A DNA stretch of 64,000 bases from a candidate division FCPU426 bacterium (GTDB lineage Bacteria > Oederibacteriota > PGYV01 > Palsa-1178). The position numbers and the translations under genes are program-made. The DNA lies in contig CAWIXE010000001.1 of the NCBI GenBank assembly GCA_963840035.1, positions 192,001 through 256,000 on the forward strand, given 5' to 3'. The notes under the pieces were generated by a model that saw only the letters and a program-made list of their open reading frames with translations, was not told the origin of the DNA and ran no database searches. Position 1 is the stretch's first letter. Every line of letters starts with the position of its first letter. Positions 62,649 through 64,000 of this stretch are shown here, one piece after another.

Positions 62649-62932
62649 AAAGGGCCTGTCTGATACGCTATATAATAAGGAATAATAAGCAATAAATATG
62701 CCTGAATAAGCCGGAACTTAGGGTCAAAAACATGGGTTTTAAATGATATTCACCGGTGGTTTTACTTCATGAAACCCAACTGTCGGTTTTTCGACACTCA
62801 AGAAAATATATTTACACTCCAACGCCCTTCTTAACCCTTATACTTATCACTTATCCTTAGCTCTTGGCCCTTGCTTTTTAACATCAAGTGCTAAAGGCTA
62901 AGGATAAGAATTAAGGGTAAGGGTTAAGGTTT

Positions 62933-64000
62933 TTACTTAATTACGTAAACCCTGCGTATGACGCTGTTTCCTTCCGCCGTAATATGCACGAAGTACATTC
63001 CCTGCCCAACTTTTTTGCCGGCCTCGTTCTTTAAATCCCATTCAAAACTATTCCATCCCGGCGCTGTTGTGACAAAATCCATCTTCCTCAAATATTCGCC
63101 TGTCAGGTTATAAATTTTTATCGCCACAGGAATTCCCGCGCCTGTGACATTGACTTTTACCCGGAGTGTTTCGCCTTTTCCGGCATCCACATAATTCTTG
63201 TCGAGCGCCCTGCTGATATTCGGCGTCGGGGAGGACGTATGAGTTGCCGTTATGGTGAAAGTAGGCGTTATGGTATGCGTAAATGACGGCGTGAGAGTCC
63301 AGGTGCCTGTTATGGTCTGTGTCGCGGTCCCGGTATTTGTCCCCGTAACCGTTACTGTTTTTGTAGAGCTCGGCGTTGAAGTCTCTGTCGCTGTATAAGT
63401 CCCTGTTGCGGTCTTTGTAAATGTGCCCGTTGCCGTGAAAGTATATGTATCAGCCGGGGTATTTGTTGGCGTAAAACTCGGTGTTGCCGTGAATGTCCGC
63501 GTATCAACCGGGGTATCAGACGGCGTTACGGTAAATGACCAGGTCTGCGTTTGCGTAGGCGTGTAAGACGGCGTCGATGTCATGGTGTGGGTCCAGGTGC
63601 CCGTGGCTGTCCCGGTCACTGTAGGCGTCGCCGACTGCGTGGCCGTTTCTGTCATGGTTTTTGTAATTGTGGGCGATATGGTCTGTGTTATTGTCTGCGT
63701 GAGTGTCTGTGTCACGGTCTGTGTGACTGTTCCCGTTAAGGTCTGCGTTATCGTATGCGTTACGGTGCCGGTTATGGTTTCCATTTCCGTCCCTGTCGCC
63801 GTCCGGGTAACGGTCTGAGTGATGGTCTGCGTCACGGTTGAAGTCGGCGTGGCCGTCTGTGTTATGGACTGTGTCGCCGTTTCAGTGGCTGTCTGCGTGG
63901 CAGTTTGTGTAAGGGTCTGTGTCCCTGTTTGTGTGGCTGTCGGGCTTGCCGTAGCGGTATGTGTCAGGGTTGCTGTGTCTGTCGGCGTACCCGAGGCAGT
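62933..64000 (-). CDS. 3' part of a Thr-rich secreted protein with FlgD-Ig/T9SS-like C-terminal domain (continues beyond the window)
   Basis: Thr-rich frame; C-terminal domain paralogous to that of 55728-62648. Confidence 0.85.
   Translation of the reverse strand, partial: TASGTPTDTATLTHTATASPTATQTGTQTLTQTATQTATETATQSITQTATPTSTVTQTITQTVTRTATGTEMETITGTVTHTITQTLTGTVTQTVTQTLTQTITQTISPTITKTMTETATQSATPTVTGTATGTWTHTMTSTPSYTPTQTQTWSFTVTPSDTPVDTRTFTATPSFTPTNTPADTYTFTATGTFTKTATGTYTATETSTPSSTKTVTVTGTNTGTATQTITGTWTLTPSFTHTITPTFTITATHTSSPTPNISRALDKNYVDAGKGETLRVKVNVTGAGIPVAIKIYNLTGEYLRKMDFVTTAPGWNSFEWDLKNEAGKKVGQGMYFVHITAEGNSVIRRVYVIK

Overview
Bacterial chromosomal window in which almost every gene is on the minus strand. 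The many Thr-rich secreted proteins ending in FlgD-Ig/T9SS-like domains suggest an FCB-related candidate lineage such as Goldbacteria (inference only). From about 1 to 38 kb it is a variable region of single-gene units: lipoproteins, outer-membrane barrels, an S8 protease, AbiE and MNT-HEPN toxin-antitoxin modules, and an AT-rich defence island (Mrr-like REase-STAND NTPase, OLD nuclease, TIR-like protein). These units are separated by an unusually rich set of GTAG-type REP/REPIN elements, including a 14-unit tandem array at 4425-5820. After that come an IS30 with a 15-bp target duplication, glgB, a GH9-malectin protein preceded by about 51 heptamer repeats, and very large NHL/Kelch Thr-rich surface proteins. 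The most novel-looking signal is a set of tiny (about 28-76 bp) inserts inside REP hairpin loops. Filled and empty alleles are both visible in the window, and several inserts show IS110/IS1111-like ends (2-bp core duplication, subterminal ATG..CAT inverted repeats). A second signal is polarised wobble-position mutation (A>G, C>T) at cassette borders. No rRNA, tRNA, CRISPR-cas, reverse transcriptase, integrase or RAYT gene was recognised. All calls were made by eye, with no database searches.
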